Origin: Massalongia carnosa
Taxonomy: Eukaryota
Reading direction: 5' to 3'
Assembly: GCA_965645245.1 (NCBI GenBank)
Contig: OZ287071.1
Location: forward strand, 2,542,001-2,606,000
Length of the DNA stretch: 64,000 nt
Under the pieces are notes generated by a model, which was not told where the DNA came from, did not search any database, and was given only the letters and a program-made list of their open reading frames with translations. Each line of letters begins with the position of its first letter. Positions within the stretch are counted from its first letter, which is position 1. Positions 1 through 11,008 of this stretch are shown in pieces. Made by a program: the position numbers and the translations under genes.

Positions 1-1520
1 GAACCTTCGTAATCGTCGTCGTCGTCGTCGTCCTCCTCTTCACCGCTCTCCTCGTTTATCAGTAGTCCAGGCCCGGGAATATGCGAACCTGCGACCACAG
101 CGGGATCTGCTCTTAACCTCATCAGGTTCGCTCGAGATAAGTGATTGTCGCCCGTACTCTTCGCCCTCTGGCGCTTGCTGAGTCCGGTTCGCCGAGGAGG
201 TGGAAGAGGAAGTGAATCGTGGCCGTCCACCGCGCTGCTCGGCTCGCTGCGAGCCAGCCAATCCTCCACATCGGCAATTTTCAACGCGATCTGCGCCGTT
301 TCTTCCTGGTCTTTGAAATTGGGAACTTCCGCATGGCTGATCTCTAGCCGTGCAAGCGGATCTAAGCCCGCTCGTGCTTCGGTCACTATCGCTGCTTCAT
401 GCCCCCCGTAAAATCCAGGGTCCAATTGCACCGGTTGGGCTACCAAGCACGCCATATCCCCTTCCTCGTCCGATGACTCGCCCTCGTGTTGGACGGCTAG
501 GTGCGAGGAACGGCTTCCCCGACTCCGTTTGCTTCCGCTTCGCATCATCGGCCGTGCCACTCGAGCGGGGGAGTCTCCCCGGCTGTAGCTTTCGATTCGC
601 ACCACCGGGCTTGCGGCGCGTGCAATGGACGGTATCACGGAGCGATCGGGACTCGTACCCATCGAGCTCCCAGTCAATGCTGGCGTATGTTGCATCTGGC
701 CCGACAGGTGTGAGGTGTCCATGCTGTCTTCGTCGCCGATCAGACTTGAAGTCACGTGGAATCCTCCTCCTCCTCCTCCTCCTCCTCCTCCTCCTCCTCC
801 TCCTCCTCCTACTCCTCCTATGTGGCTCCGCTCCTCCATCGGAGGACTAGACGCGCCCACTCCCGATCGTGGACTAGCTGAATCGGTTAAGACCGGACTC
901 ATGAGGTGCGATGCTAGCGTGGCCGTCCCCGACAAGGCTGGGTAGGTATAGTTCGAGTCCTGGGACGTAAACGTCTCCGCACTCAATATTTCTTGCAACG
1001 ATTTATCCGTGTCTTCCGGCGAAAATCCCAAATCCAAGTTCTGCGCGGAGTCTAAGACGCCGTACACCTCCTCTAAGGAGAGCTGATGATGGACAAGCTC
1101 TGGCGTGGCGGAGTAATCACTCTGGTCGGTATACCCATTGTCGGAAAAATAGCGATAGTTGGGGCTGAGGAACTCCTGCGTCGATCCAGCGTTTCCAGTT
1201 CGCTCGTGCGCCTCAGGTGCGGCTGAAGGGGTGTGAAACCCGCCGACCACCAACGAGCCTTGCGGGAAATGATGTTGTGGCTGTGTGGTGGAGTGCAGCG
1301 ACGATGAGAACTGCTCAGGGAGTTGGGCTGATGTCGTAGAGGGCAGTGGGGATGGGGCGCGAAAGGATTGCAGGTCTGGCGATAAATCACGGGTGACAGG
1401 GAGCAACTGCTCCTCGCTGGGTGATGAGGGAAAGAATGGGTCGTAATACGTTTGATCGTTAAAGCCGATCAGGTGCGAGCAGTGTGCGTCTCCGGGCGCG
1501 GTGGATCTGACCGTGGACAT
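1..1520 (-). CDS. 5' part of a large low-complexity fungal protein, open past the left window edge; possibly a C2H2-type regulator whose fingers lie outside the window
   Basis: Manual translation from the ATG at 1520 (MSTVRSTAPG...) stays stop-free to base 1. It contains SPVVRIESYSRGDSPAR, AGLDPLAR, VPNFKDQEETAQIALKIADVEDWL, IPGPGLLINEES and a poly-Gly run. It is absent from the ORF track because it has no stop in the window. Confidence 0.8.
   Translation of the reverse strand, partial: MSTVRSTAPGDAHCSHLIGFNDQTYYDPFFPSSPSEEQLLPVTRDLSPDLQSFRAPSPLPSTTSAQLPEQFSSSLHSTTQPQHHFPQGSLVVGGFHTPSAAPEAHERTGNAGSTQEFLSPNYRYFSDNGYTDQSDYSATPELVHHQLSLEEVYGVLDSAQNLDLGFSPEDTDKSLQEILSAETFTSQDSNYTYPALSGTATLASHLMSPVLTDSASPRSGVGASSPPMEERSHIGGVGGGGGGGGGGGGGGGGFHVTSSLIGDEDSMDTSHLSGQMQHTPALTGSSMGTSPDRSVIPSIARAASPVVRIESYSRGDSPARVARPMMRSGSKRSRGSRSSHLAVQHEGESSDEEGDMACLVAQPVQLDPGFYGGHEAAIVTEARAGLDPLARLEISHAEVPNFKDQEETAQIALKIADVEDWLARSEPSSAVDGHDSLPLPPPRRTGLSKRQRAKSTGDNHLSRANLMRLRADPAVVAGSHIPGPGLLINEESGEEEDDDDDDDYEG
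763..819. repeat. (CCT)16 trinucleotide microsatellite, encoding poly-Gly on the minus-strand CDS
   Basis: 16 perfect CCT units at 763-810, followed by ACT CCT CCT. Confidence 0.97.
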
Positions 1521-1840
1521 GGTGACGTCGCAAACGTGATGTTGGGTATATATGGGGGGGGTGGCTGTCATCCAAGGTTTTTTTTTTTTCACTGCGTGAA
1601 TTTCTGAAGGAACCCTAGGGTCGGAAGAGACGGGGATGGCTTAAGCATCTGGAAGAAAATGTCAAACTACCAGACCGTGGACCTGAAACACATTGCCAGA
1701 AGAGACAGAGCTGGGGTCGGTTGCAAGGCACCAGGTGAGTGGGTGAAGATCACCGCTGACCCTGATAGGCAAAAGACGGGAACTTTCTGAGAAATATGGG
1801 AGGGCTTTAGGCTGGAAATCTGCGAGCAGCCTAGCGAACC

Positions 1841-1888
1841 GAGTCGAGAGTCGAGAGTCGAGAGTCGAGAGCCGAGAGTCGAGAGCCG
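1841..1888. repeat. 7-bp tandem repeat (GAGTCGA)n, about 6-7 units
   Basis: gagtcgagagtcgagagtcgagagtcgagagccgagagtcgagagccg. Confidence 0.9.
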
Positions 1889-2074
1889 GAGTTAAGAATG
1901 TTTGTTTCACGGGGTGCCGTTCGACACTTGACAGATGAGTCGTTGTTCGATTGAGGGAGTAGGTTAAGTTATGTTCTGCGGGTGGGTATTCTGCGGGTGG
2001 GGAAGATGGAGGCTGACGGGGAGGACTTTGAGGGGAGAGAATGGGTTGGAGGTAGCGAGCTAGTAACTGGTTAT

Positions 2075-2146
2075 AGAGTACCGTACAGAGAGTACCGTAC
2101 AGAGAGTACCGTACAGAGAGTACCGTACAGAGTACCGTTCAGAGTA
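2075..2146. repeat. 14-bp tandem repeat (AGAGTACCGTACAG)n, about 5 units
   Basis: Read directly; the last units are degenerate. Confidence 0.9.
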
Positions 2147-3538
2147 TAGTCTGTACCTACCGAGTACTCAGAATACTCGATACAGTACGTAAACTCGGTA
2201 CCTGGAGAGTAAGAAAACTAGGGAGGACGGCGTGTCACGTGCGCTTGAATTAGGGTTAGGAACAGATGCCTACCATCGAGTCCTGCGTACGGAGTTATCT
2301 ATGCCTTTTCTCTCTCTCTCTCTGTATCGGGCTGTAACGGTCAGTGGCAGAGCCGTCACCAATGCCCACTAGCCTGGTAGACAGCGACTTGGCATTGAAC
2401 TAGGTGCACGACGAATCAGTTCGCTGAACGTATGGCCCAGCAATGAAACAATTCTAAGGTGCCAAGAGGCTTTACCCCCAGGAGGGTCAGTGTGGAACGC
2501 GACGCACTCTCCCAGGCTCCATAGCCCTAGGGTACTCGGTACACCATCACTCGTTTCTCCCTCGGTCGCTCCCCATCAATGATTGTTCCTTCGTCGGTTT
2601 TTCTTTTCGTCCCTGGCCCCCTTCCCTTGCCTATGAGACAGAAACCGGAGTGATGAAAAATGTCCTAGACATGATCCCTCCTGAAGCGGGCTAAGGCTGA
2701 TTGAACGGCTGACTGGTCAAACCCAAGGCGTTTTCCGACGGGCGAACCAGCCCATCAGATTTCACCCCCCAGTCTAGACATTCTGTCATCATCATCCCTA
2801 AAAATACCCCCGAACAATCCGGCTTTTACGTTTTCCATATGCCGTTTAGCGGCGCGGACCCCCAGGAAGGACAAAATCGAAAATTCAATCAGCCAAGGAT
2901 GCACGTTAGCGAGGCAGACCGGGGAGGGAAGAAAGGGATGAGCTAATCAGCCCTGTGACGTCTTGGCATATGGTGGAGGAGAATCTTGCACCTCGACGAA
3001 CTACGATGGGGTGGAGGGCAAGATATGGATGAAGGATGACGGGATCAGAATGACAGCTGATGACGACGGGTGTGCGAGACAATGAGTAGTTTATGTTCGG
3101 CATTGCCGGCATTCATGTCCTTGTTTATGTTTTTGGTTTCTACTCCTAGTCGTACAGAGTAGGTATCCCTCTCGCTGGTGCCTCTCACGCTTCAGTAGAA
3201 TGGAAACTTTATTCCTGATGGGTGGTGCTAGTCGACCAGCGAAAGGGATAGGCATACCATGATGTTTTATTAACCCCCCCCTGGCTTTTGATGCAGGTAC
3301 GCGGTGACGTGATGTGTGAGATTTTTTCCCGCGGTCAATTAGCATTCGTGACTGCGTGACCGTTTCATCAATGTAGCGCATCAGGGCAGGCGTAATCGTC
3401 CATACGTTAACGGAGGAAGGAAAAAACCAATGCGTGACATCTTCATGCCTTGGCAACTATGCAGTTACGGGGAATTAAGCAAGCATCATGCTACTCAGGC
3501 ATGCCCGCGTCCCACCACTCTCCCTTCCATGTCCATCC

Positions 3539-6500
3539 TTACGAATCTGGGATCCCAGGGACGATTCCGCCAAGTCCGCCCCAGTGAGGCATCGTGGCGG
3601 GTCGGGTGATGTTGGACGAGGACCTTGCATCGCTGAAAGCGCTCCTTTCCAACGACGAGCTACAGGTCAATGCTTGCCCGCGCGACCCGCCTAACTCCAT
3701 TATTTTGCCATCGCGGCGTAGCATCGTTTGAGTAGGCGAGGTCGCACGCCTATCGGCCTCTACTATCGCGTTCGAATCGTCAGCGGGCGTGCTGCATGGT
3801 GGACGGGCAAGTTGGGAATCTGAACGTAGGCGCATGGAATGTAATGGACCGTTAGACGCAGCGCATTGGCAACCACCATCATTATTGCCGGCCGCGCTGC
3901 TCTTACGCCCTATCTCTTCATCGACCTGGTTGCCCACGCGGACATTGCTCGCGTGAAGTTCCTTCAGACGGCCGACGATGATTGGATCGTCAGAATAAAG
4001 CATGCGGCCAGGGAAATAAATGTATCCTTGATCATTCTGCTTCGAGTCTTCTCGTATGTCTTCATGTATAGCTTCCCGTTTGATGATAGGAAACAGTGGA
4101 AGCAGCAGCTGTCGATCTTGCTGTGGGGCGATGCTGGTATTAGGTAGTGGTAGGTTTGGATTGCTGAGTTTTTGGAATGTGGGCTGGCTTTCTTCAGGCA
4201 TAGAAGCAGTGATCATGGCCACCTCAAGTCGGGCATATCTCCATGTCTCCGCTGCAGTTTTGACAATATTTTGCACTGCCAAGGTCACCTGCTTCCAATG
4301 GGTTGGGTTGGCGAAGTGCTTGATTGCCTCCACGATCTCATCCACGATAGATGCAGCTATTTTATTGATGGACTGCTTCGCGCTGGACACGGTGTAGGCC
4401 GCATGCAGCGTTCTCTGCCGCCATAAGGCCTCCCTTCGCGTCGACTTCTTTCTCAACTGATCTGACATGCTTTGAAAGAGTAGATCCGGAGAGCCACGTC
4501 GTCGGCTGAGGGTGAAGAGGAACGGCTGGAAGATTCGTCGGCTGATGATAGTCGAGATCAGGTACTCCAAGTACGCAGCTCGTAGCTTAGTCGAGGAGTC
4601 GGTGCCCGAAAAGAATGGTGGTATGGTGGAAGGTATCGTCTGGGCGACGTCGCTTGGGGGCTCAACATTGTCCCGAAAGTGCTCGACGATGAGGTGGGAG
4701 ATCTGTATGTACAAGTAATGAAACGCACCGTCGCTGATCCCAAAAATAAACGTAAGCCACTATTCAGCCAGCTGTCGCCACGAAGCCTGTTCGAGAGATT
4801 GTATCGATATACGAACTTACAATAAAGAACAGAGCGCAACGTGGGAAAATTAAAATGTCAATCGTCAACAACGTTGACTTACTAGAAGGGGTCTTCTCGA
4901 CTCTTCAGATCAGTGACATCTCCAAAGGCCTCGGCTAACTTCTGCAATTTTGAGTTATCATCGTTCAGTTTCCTTGCCGCTGCTCTCAGCTCTTCTTTTT
5001 GTTTGGCGAATTTCATCTGGTCAGCATCCCATGCGGCACGCAATTTCTCAATCTCCTTCTGAAGCTTTAAATGTTTTTCTTCGGCGACTTTAGTGGCTTG
5101 GGAGTGTGAAGCCTGCCATTTCTTCTGCAACTCGTCCCTTTCCCTCTGGTGCTGTGCAGCGAGGATTGTACGTTGTTCTTCCGACCCCTTCCCAAGAACT
5201 GCGCGTTCTTCGCCCCAAGTGCGACTTAATGCCTCTTGTTCTTTGTTCCATGCCTCTCTGTCTTGCAATTGCTTGTGATGAGCTTCTTCTGCGGCTTTCT
5301 GCCGCGCCTCGAGAGCTGTCTCCATGTCTCGCCTGACTCTCTTATGGCTATCTTCGAGCTCTCGTCGTTGCCTTTCCCAGCCCGCCTGAAGCTCTTCCCG
5401 TTCGAGTGCATAGCGTTGGTTTAATTCTGCTATTTGTGCTTGCAAGTTTGCTTCGGATTCCTGCCTCTGACGTTGTAGTTCTAATTCTAAGCCATTTTGT
5501 TTCGTAGCAGAGATCCTTGCTTCGTTTTCTTTCCAGGCCTTAATGTCACGAGCGATGGTGTTTTTCTCTTCAGTAAGCTTTCGCTCCATATTCTCCTTTT
5601 CCTGGGTCAAGGCTCGATTGACTGCTTCAAGCTCATCCTTTGCCTTCTTCTCGGCAATTAGACTATCCTGAAGCTCTCTCTGCTTCTCTTCCATTTTACC
5701 AATTTCCAGTTTAAGTTTACTCATTTCATTGGTATGCTTATTCGAGGCTGTATCCATCTCCTTTCTTAGGCTCTCTAGGTCGGTCTCTTTCTGCTTGAGA
5801 GCAGCAGCTTTTTGTACTTCCGTCTCACGAATGAGGCTTTTTCGGTCCTCCAATTGACCGTGTGTTTCTTGGTACCGATTCAGCAAAAGATGTAAATCAG
5901 GTATTGCACACTCGATACGTTTCAGGAGGCCTCCGGCATCGTCATCCTGCTCTTGACCGCCCAACGCAGCGCCTTCCGTGAGTAGAGCTTGCTCGGGCGG
6001 GTTCCCTACTGATGGTGGTATATTAGATAACGTATCTCCAGAAAAACTTCTACCGGAGCTGGTCGAGCTACGGCCCCGCGTTGAGGATCTGTGCAACGAA
6101 TGAAGTGGAGCTTGAACTTGTGGAGGCGATGCATAATTGGCATAGTATGGAGCACCCTGAGGCGGCAAGGTTTGATGATCCACAGGATTTCCTGTGGGTG
6201 GTGCCATGGCCAAGTACGGCGATACCCCGTACGACGGAGGATAGTAAAGCTCGCTGGGAGGCCCAGGAAAGTATGGAACAGCCGGTGCAAATTGCGGGGG
6301 ACTGTTTACATAGGTCAAATTCTGCGGATATGGCTGAACTGGATCGAATATACTGGGTCCGGGAGGTGGCTGGCTCCAAAAGTATGAAGGTGCGGGCGAG
6401 AGTGGAGATGGTGATGACGATCGATACACTGCTGTTTCTACAGACTTTGGAGAAAGCGTGCTATGCGAGATCACTGCAAGCGATTCAAGTGGTTGCTTGA

Positions 6501-7101
6501 TGAGTTTTGGAGTGGCTGCTTGCAGGATGGGGGTCTCTTTGCCCTTTGCTGGTATTGGTTGCTCGGAAGAGGGCTCTTTTTCCTTTGGAGAGGTTGATTG
6601 AACCACAGGGGGGCCTTTATCCTCGGGAGATTTTGGCTTCACAATGGGACTTTCGTTTTCTTTAGGAGATGTTCTCGCTTCAGGGGCGGTTATAAAGCTA
6701 GGCTCGTCGTCCTCGTGATCAAGGTACGGTTGCAGAGCAGCAGGAGTGTGCAGATGAGGCGCGTACACGTGAGTTGAAGAGATTACAGGAAGAGCAGACT
6801 CGTGAAGGGAGGAGCTTACTCGAAGCACCGGAGATGATGACGACGGGGACGCAGTTCCAGATCCCGGCAGGGCTGGTAGCTGGTCGAGAGTGAGGTTCTG
6901 TTGCGCGTAGAGGAAGGGTTGAGCAGGACGGAGGGATTGCGGCGGAGTGCGCGTGCTAGATCTTGCGATGTCCTTGGGCTTCCTGGCGCTGCTGCTGGAG
7001 TTGGGGTTACGGCTTTCCCGGTCCCTTTCCTTGTCTCTTTCCCTGTCCCTGGGCCGACGAGTCCGCACAGGCGTCGCCGAAGATTGATAGTGAAACGGCA
7101 T
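3539..7101 (-). CDS. Large Pro/Ser-rich plus long coiled-coil protein with a helical C-terminal domain (2 exons: 7101-4883, 4733-3539)
   Basis: The 739-aa and 391-aa ORFs join across a 149-nt intron (TTCTA|GTAAGT ... GATCAG|CGAC), reading ...REDPFYDGAFHYLYIQISH.... An E/K/Q/R-rich heptad region is present. A further 3' intron at 3542 (GTAAGG) cannot be excluded. Confidence 0.8.
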
Positions 7102-8336
7102 GATGAAGTAGCTGCTTGCTCCAAGATAAGAATAGCCTTATAGCAAAGCAAAAAGTAAGTTTTACAGAACCTGTGAGTATGCAATTCGATCCGTATTTTG
7201 TGGTCTCGTGGCCATATGCGGAAAATAGCTGCCAGGGGGACCCAAAGTCCTGGAAGCGGGAAAATACAACCCCAAAGTGATCCGTTTTACTCCTCTCCCA
7301 AAGGTCGATACCGGTGAAATCTGGAGAGTTGCCCAGCAAAAGAATCGGGTGAGATATTCTTCAAACCTAAATCATCACAATGTACAGTGCACAGTTGTAC
7401 AATACCAACAACAAGGCTTAGGAGCTCTGGTAAGATGTCAAGCCGATCCGTAAATACTCGTAGCACGTCGACGGCATCACATCAACAGGTAGAAAACTAC
7501 AAACTCCAGCGCACTCCATTACCCGTTGTGACCAGCAGGAAGGTTTTTCATGAAACAATGGCTACAAACAGATTTGACTCCTCAGTTGCCAACCAACCAA
7601 AAAAAAAAAAAAAAGGCTGAACACGCACCCCCCCAGTTTTCTGGATCAAATACAGAGTAAGTGGAAGACGACTAGAATTACGGAGTAGGGGGACGAAAAG
7701 TGATTGATTAATCACGCAGGGAGCAAATAATAATCCAGTGAAGACCCGAAATTGGATTTGAATTTTCCAGATGCAAGAGAAAAGGTGCAATCAATCACGA
7801 TGCGTTTGTGGTTTTCCACCTTGAGCTCCCTACCCAAGCAGATCATACTGAACCTGCAAGTTGCATGTAGGTCGTGAGCGGGTTGCCGAATGTGGCATCG
7901 GGCAGCAGCTAGAAATCGGGGGAGGTGTCGGCTGGTGTCGGGCAGCAATGGGGGAGTAGCTGGCGGGCGAATCATGACCGTCTTGTAGATGGGAGCGTTT
8001 CTTCGCTTCGCGTCGTCTGTGCATGAACGGCTGCACAGTTCACTTGCGGATTGCATACTTCCTGTATGAGAGTACCAAGTACAGAGTACATACAACGTGG
8101 ACGGTTGTTGGCAGATTCCGTGCCTCCGTGTCAATATGAAATCAGCTGTTCGAGGTAGGATTATGCTGTACACAATACAAACATTACGGTTGGAAGCGGG
8201 GAAGAAGCTGTTTTCTCTCCTTCCCCTTGACCATGCGGCTTTGTGCGCGCGGGCGTGCATGTTAAAGGGTTCCAAGTAAATTGTTGCTACAACGCTCCAT
8301 TCAGTATATAATACATTCGTTGCAACCAAGTCCACG

Positions 8337-11008
8337 TCACTCCACCCTCAGCACCCGAGCTCCTCGGCGTTTCGCCGATTTCTTCTTCTTGTTCCCCTTG
8401 TCGAAAGCGACGGCGCTGGCGTGGTCTCGTCCCACGTTGTCCAGATCTTTGACCTTATAAATCCGGATGATCCAGTTTTCACTCGTGAAAGCTTCCTCCA
8501 GCGTGTTCAGCTGCGGTCCTTCGGCTGGTAGTTGCACCCCGCGAACCCTATCCTGAGCCTGCCCTTGTGGGAAGAGTGAGTTGTAGTTGTAGTATGACAT
8601 CTTGTACCTGTAATAGGTTAAGCGTGGGGACTCAGATAGTAACTAGATTTGGAGCTTACATCAGACTGTTCTTCATCGTCGGCGTTGCTTCATGGTCTAC
8701 TTTATATTCTCCCCGTGCCGTGAAGAAGTCACGCTCTTTGACCTCGTCAGGCCAGATCCCTTCAGCAATTCGGACCATCCACAAGAATTTATTGATATCG
8801 TCCCCTGAATAGCCCAGAAGGCCTCCAAACACGACTAACACATAGTCGACATCGTGTTGCCTTAGGATTGGGTAGCTGACTTCCTCTCTGGAGCTCATTG
8901 CTTTCCCCACTGTGGCAATGTGAGTATTGTTCCAAGTATTATTATCCACCAGAGTGGGCCTATCAGCCATTCCTCCAATTTGATATCCATAGTCCCACCA
9001 CGACATGACCTTAGCATTCTTGGCGGTGTTCTGGCGAAGCCAGTAGTATGCTTCGCGGTAATCATCTATAATATGTTGACTTCCGTCAGGTAATTTGCTC
9101 GCCAGCACTACCGAGGGCGATGAATATGCATTGGAAGTTACCCATGTACAGTGAAGCACGAAAAGTAGGAGATAAGTGGTGACCGATCCCACTATAGAAA
9201 TTTTCGAAACATAGGAATAGATCCCCAGGACTGGGTTCCGAGTCGACCTCAAAGAATCCTGCGATACTAAAGGGGCGGGCTTGCTATTTTCTCCAGCAGC
9301 ACTTCCAATAGCTTGGGCTTCTGGCAAGGGAGACTCGGTTACAAGATACGTATCCAAAATATTCGATAATGCTAAAGCAGCAGCAATGCAAACAACAGGA
9401 GTCAGAGTTAACATCAAGCGTACCATGACCCCCGCAAAGTAACTTGCAAATACTGCATATATCACGATAAAAACCTGCTCATCCTTCAAATTCTGGAAGC
9501 ACATGTATACTCCAGCAGGGAAGAGCCAGATCAGCAGATTCAAGTCGAAGAAAAACGCAGGCCAAGCTGTCGGCTGATGCTCGGATACGGACGCGATGAT
9601 TGGAATATGGATTTTGGCATAGCCAGTATCGAAAAGCGAGTAGAATCGACCGCTCCAAGGAGCGATGACCCCCGATGCTGCTAAGAGCATCAAAACTCCC
9701 ACCGAGATTGCTAACACAGCAAGGACGAAGCTTCGAAGAAGCGTTTGAAAGTGCTTGTCTGGCACTTGCTGACGCATGAAGACTACGAAAGCAACCAGTT
9801 GAAGTAGGCCAAATACACCTGTATTGTCAGAGAGCACTTAGAACACGAAGGAGCGGGTACTCACCTAAGGCCGACATGTGTTCGCTACTCCGAATTGGGA
9901 GAAATCCGACGAAAGGAATTTGCATGCTGGCTAATGTACCAAGGGCAAACCAGGTACTGTAGCTCACATATAGTCTAGGGCTGTACCGTCCCATACAGAT
10001 AAGCACAAAAGCATGCAAGGGGAGCAGATTTGTAATAAAGACATATCCTCCCCATGCGGAAACCATGTATCCGTAGAAGAGAGCTGTCAGAGCAGCCCAC
10101 ATAGCAGAGCCGTTTTTAATCGACTTAATCCATAAGTAGAAGGTGAAGACTAGAAGAAAAATGGCAATTGCTTCGTTATCATAACTACCTGCCACGGATC
10201 GAGAAATGTAGCCAGGCGTGATTCCCATGAATATAGCTGCAAGAAGGCCTGCTGATGGCGATGTGGACATCTCTGACGTAATTAAATATGATGCAAGCGC
10301 AGTCAGTCCCGAAAATGCCGGGGCAAGAAGCACACAGATATTTCGAATGTCGACAGGAAGAGAGAGGAGACGGAGAACGTGGTAAATCACGCCACTTGTT
10401 ACCATCAGGCCAGGGTATAGAGTACCTCCAGTAACACGACCCAGAGGGTGCCACGTCCCTAAAAGATAAAAACTAGTTAGCTATAGTTGCTTGAACCTAC
10501 TCCCTCACAATATGCCCCGAAGAGACAATTTGTCTTAACAACCTCCACTCCCCTTTTTTGGCACTTCGATATCAAAGAAATTGCTTACTGTCATCGAACC
10601 AGTCCCAAAAGCTATAGAATCCATTCTGAACCAAGTATTTTGTTGCCCGAAAGTTGAACCAAGGATCAACTGTCTCCTCTGTCAGCCTTCACTGCTTTTT
10701 TCAGTGCTATCCAATCCTTCGCTTTGGTCGATTTCAGGGGAAGGAGTAGGTGTCAAACATTCGTGGATAATGCTTTCAAATCCTGAGGTCACGAACTGTC
10801 AATCAGCTATACCCACAATATTTTTACTCATATTAAGAGTATAGCACACTTATCAGTAGGGGCATGACGAGAACTTACTGATGACACTGAACAGGCGACT
10901 CGCAACGGCAGCGCCAGCGATTGTGCATAGGATTATCAATCGAAGTAAGCCTCGCGTATTCCGACCGGTATCCCCCTTGAAAAACGGCTCTATAGAAGCC
11001 GCCGTCAT
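8337..11008 (-). CDS. STT3: Oligosaccharyltransferase catalytic subunit STT3 (multi-exon)
   Basis: WWDYG motif, [38 protein letters not shown]-terminal exons read [12 protein letters not shown]..., [17 protein letters not shown], joined by GT-AG introns. Confidence 0.98.

Noticed and set aside
350..945. Plus-strand ORFs with poly-Leu or poly-Pro
   Set aside because: Shadows of the (CCT)n repeat; the real CDS is on the minus strand.
1841..2146. Short tandem repeats as a CRISPR-like array
   Set aside because: No unique spacers, no cas genes, eukaryotic context.
2249..2260. TTAGGGTTAGG telomere-like motif
   Set aside because: Fewer than two full units and interstitial; compatible with chance or a simple promoter motif.
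3091..3456. 121-aa ORF downstream of the coiled-coil gene
   Set aside because: No recognisable motif; at most 3' UTR or a short alternative terminal exon.
7712..8335. 207-aa minus-strand ORF after STT3
   Set aside because: Non-ATG start, no domain-like composition, overlaps the expected STT3 3' UTR.
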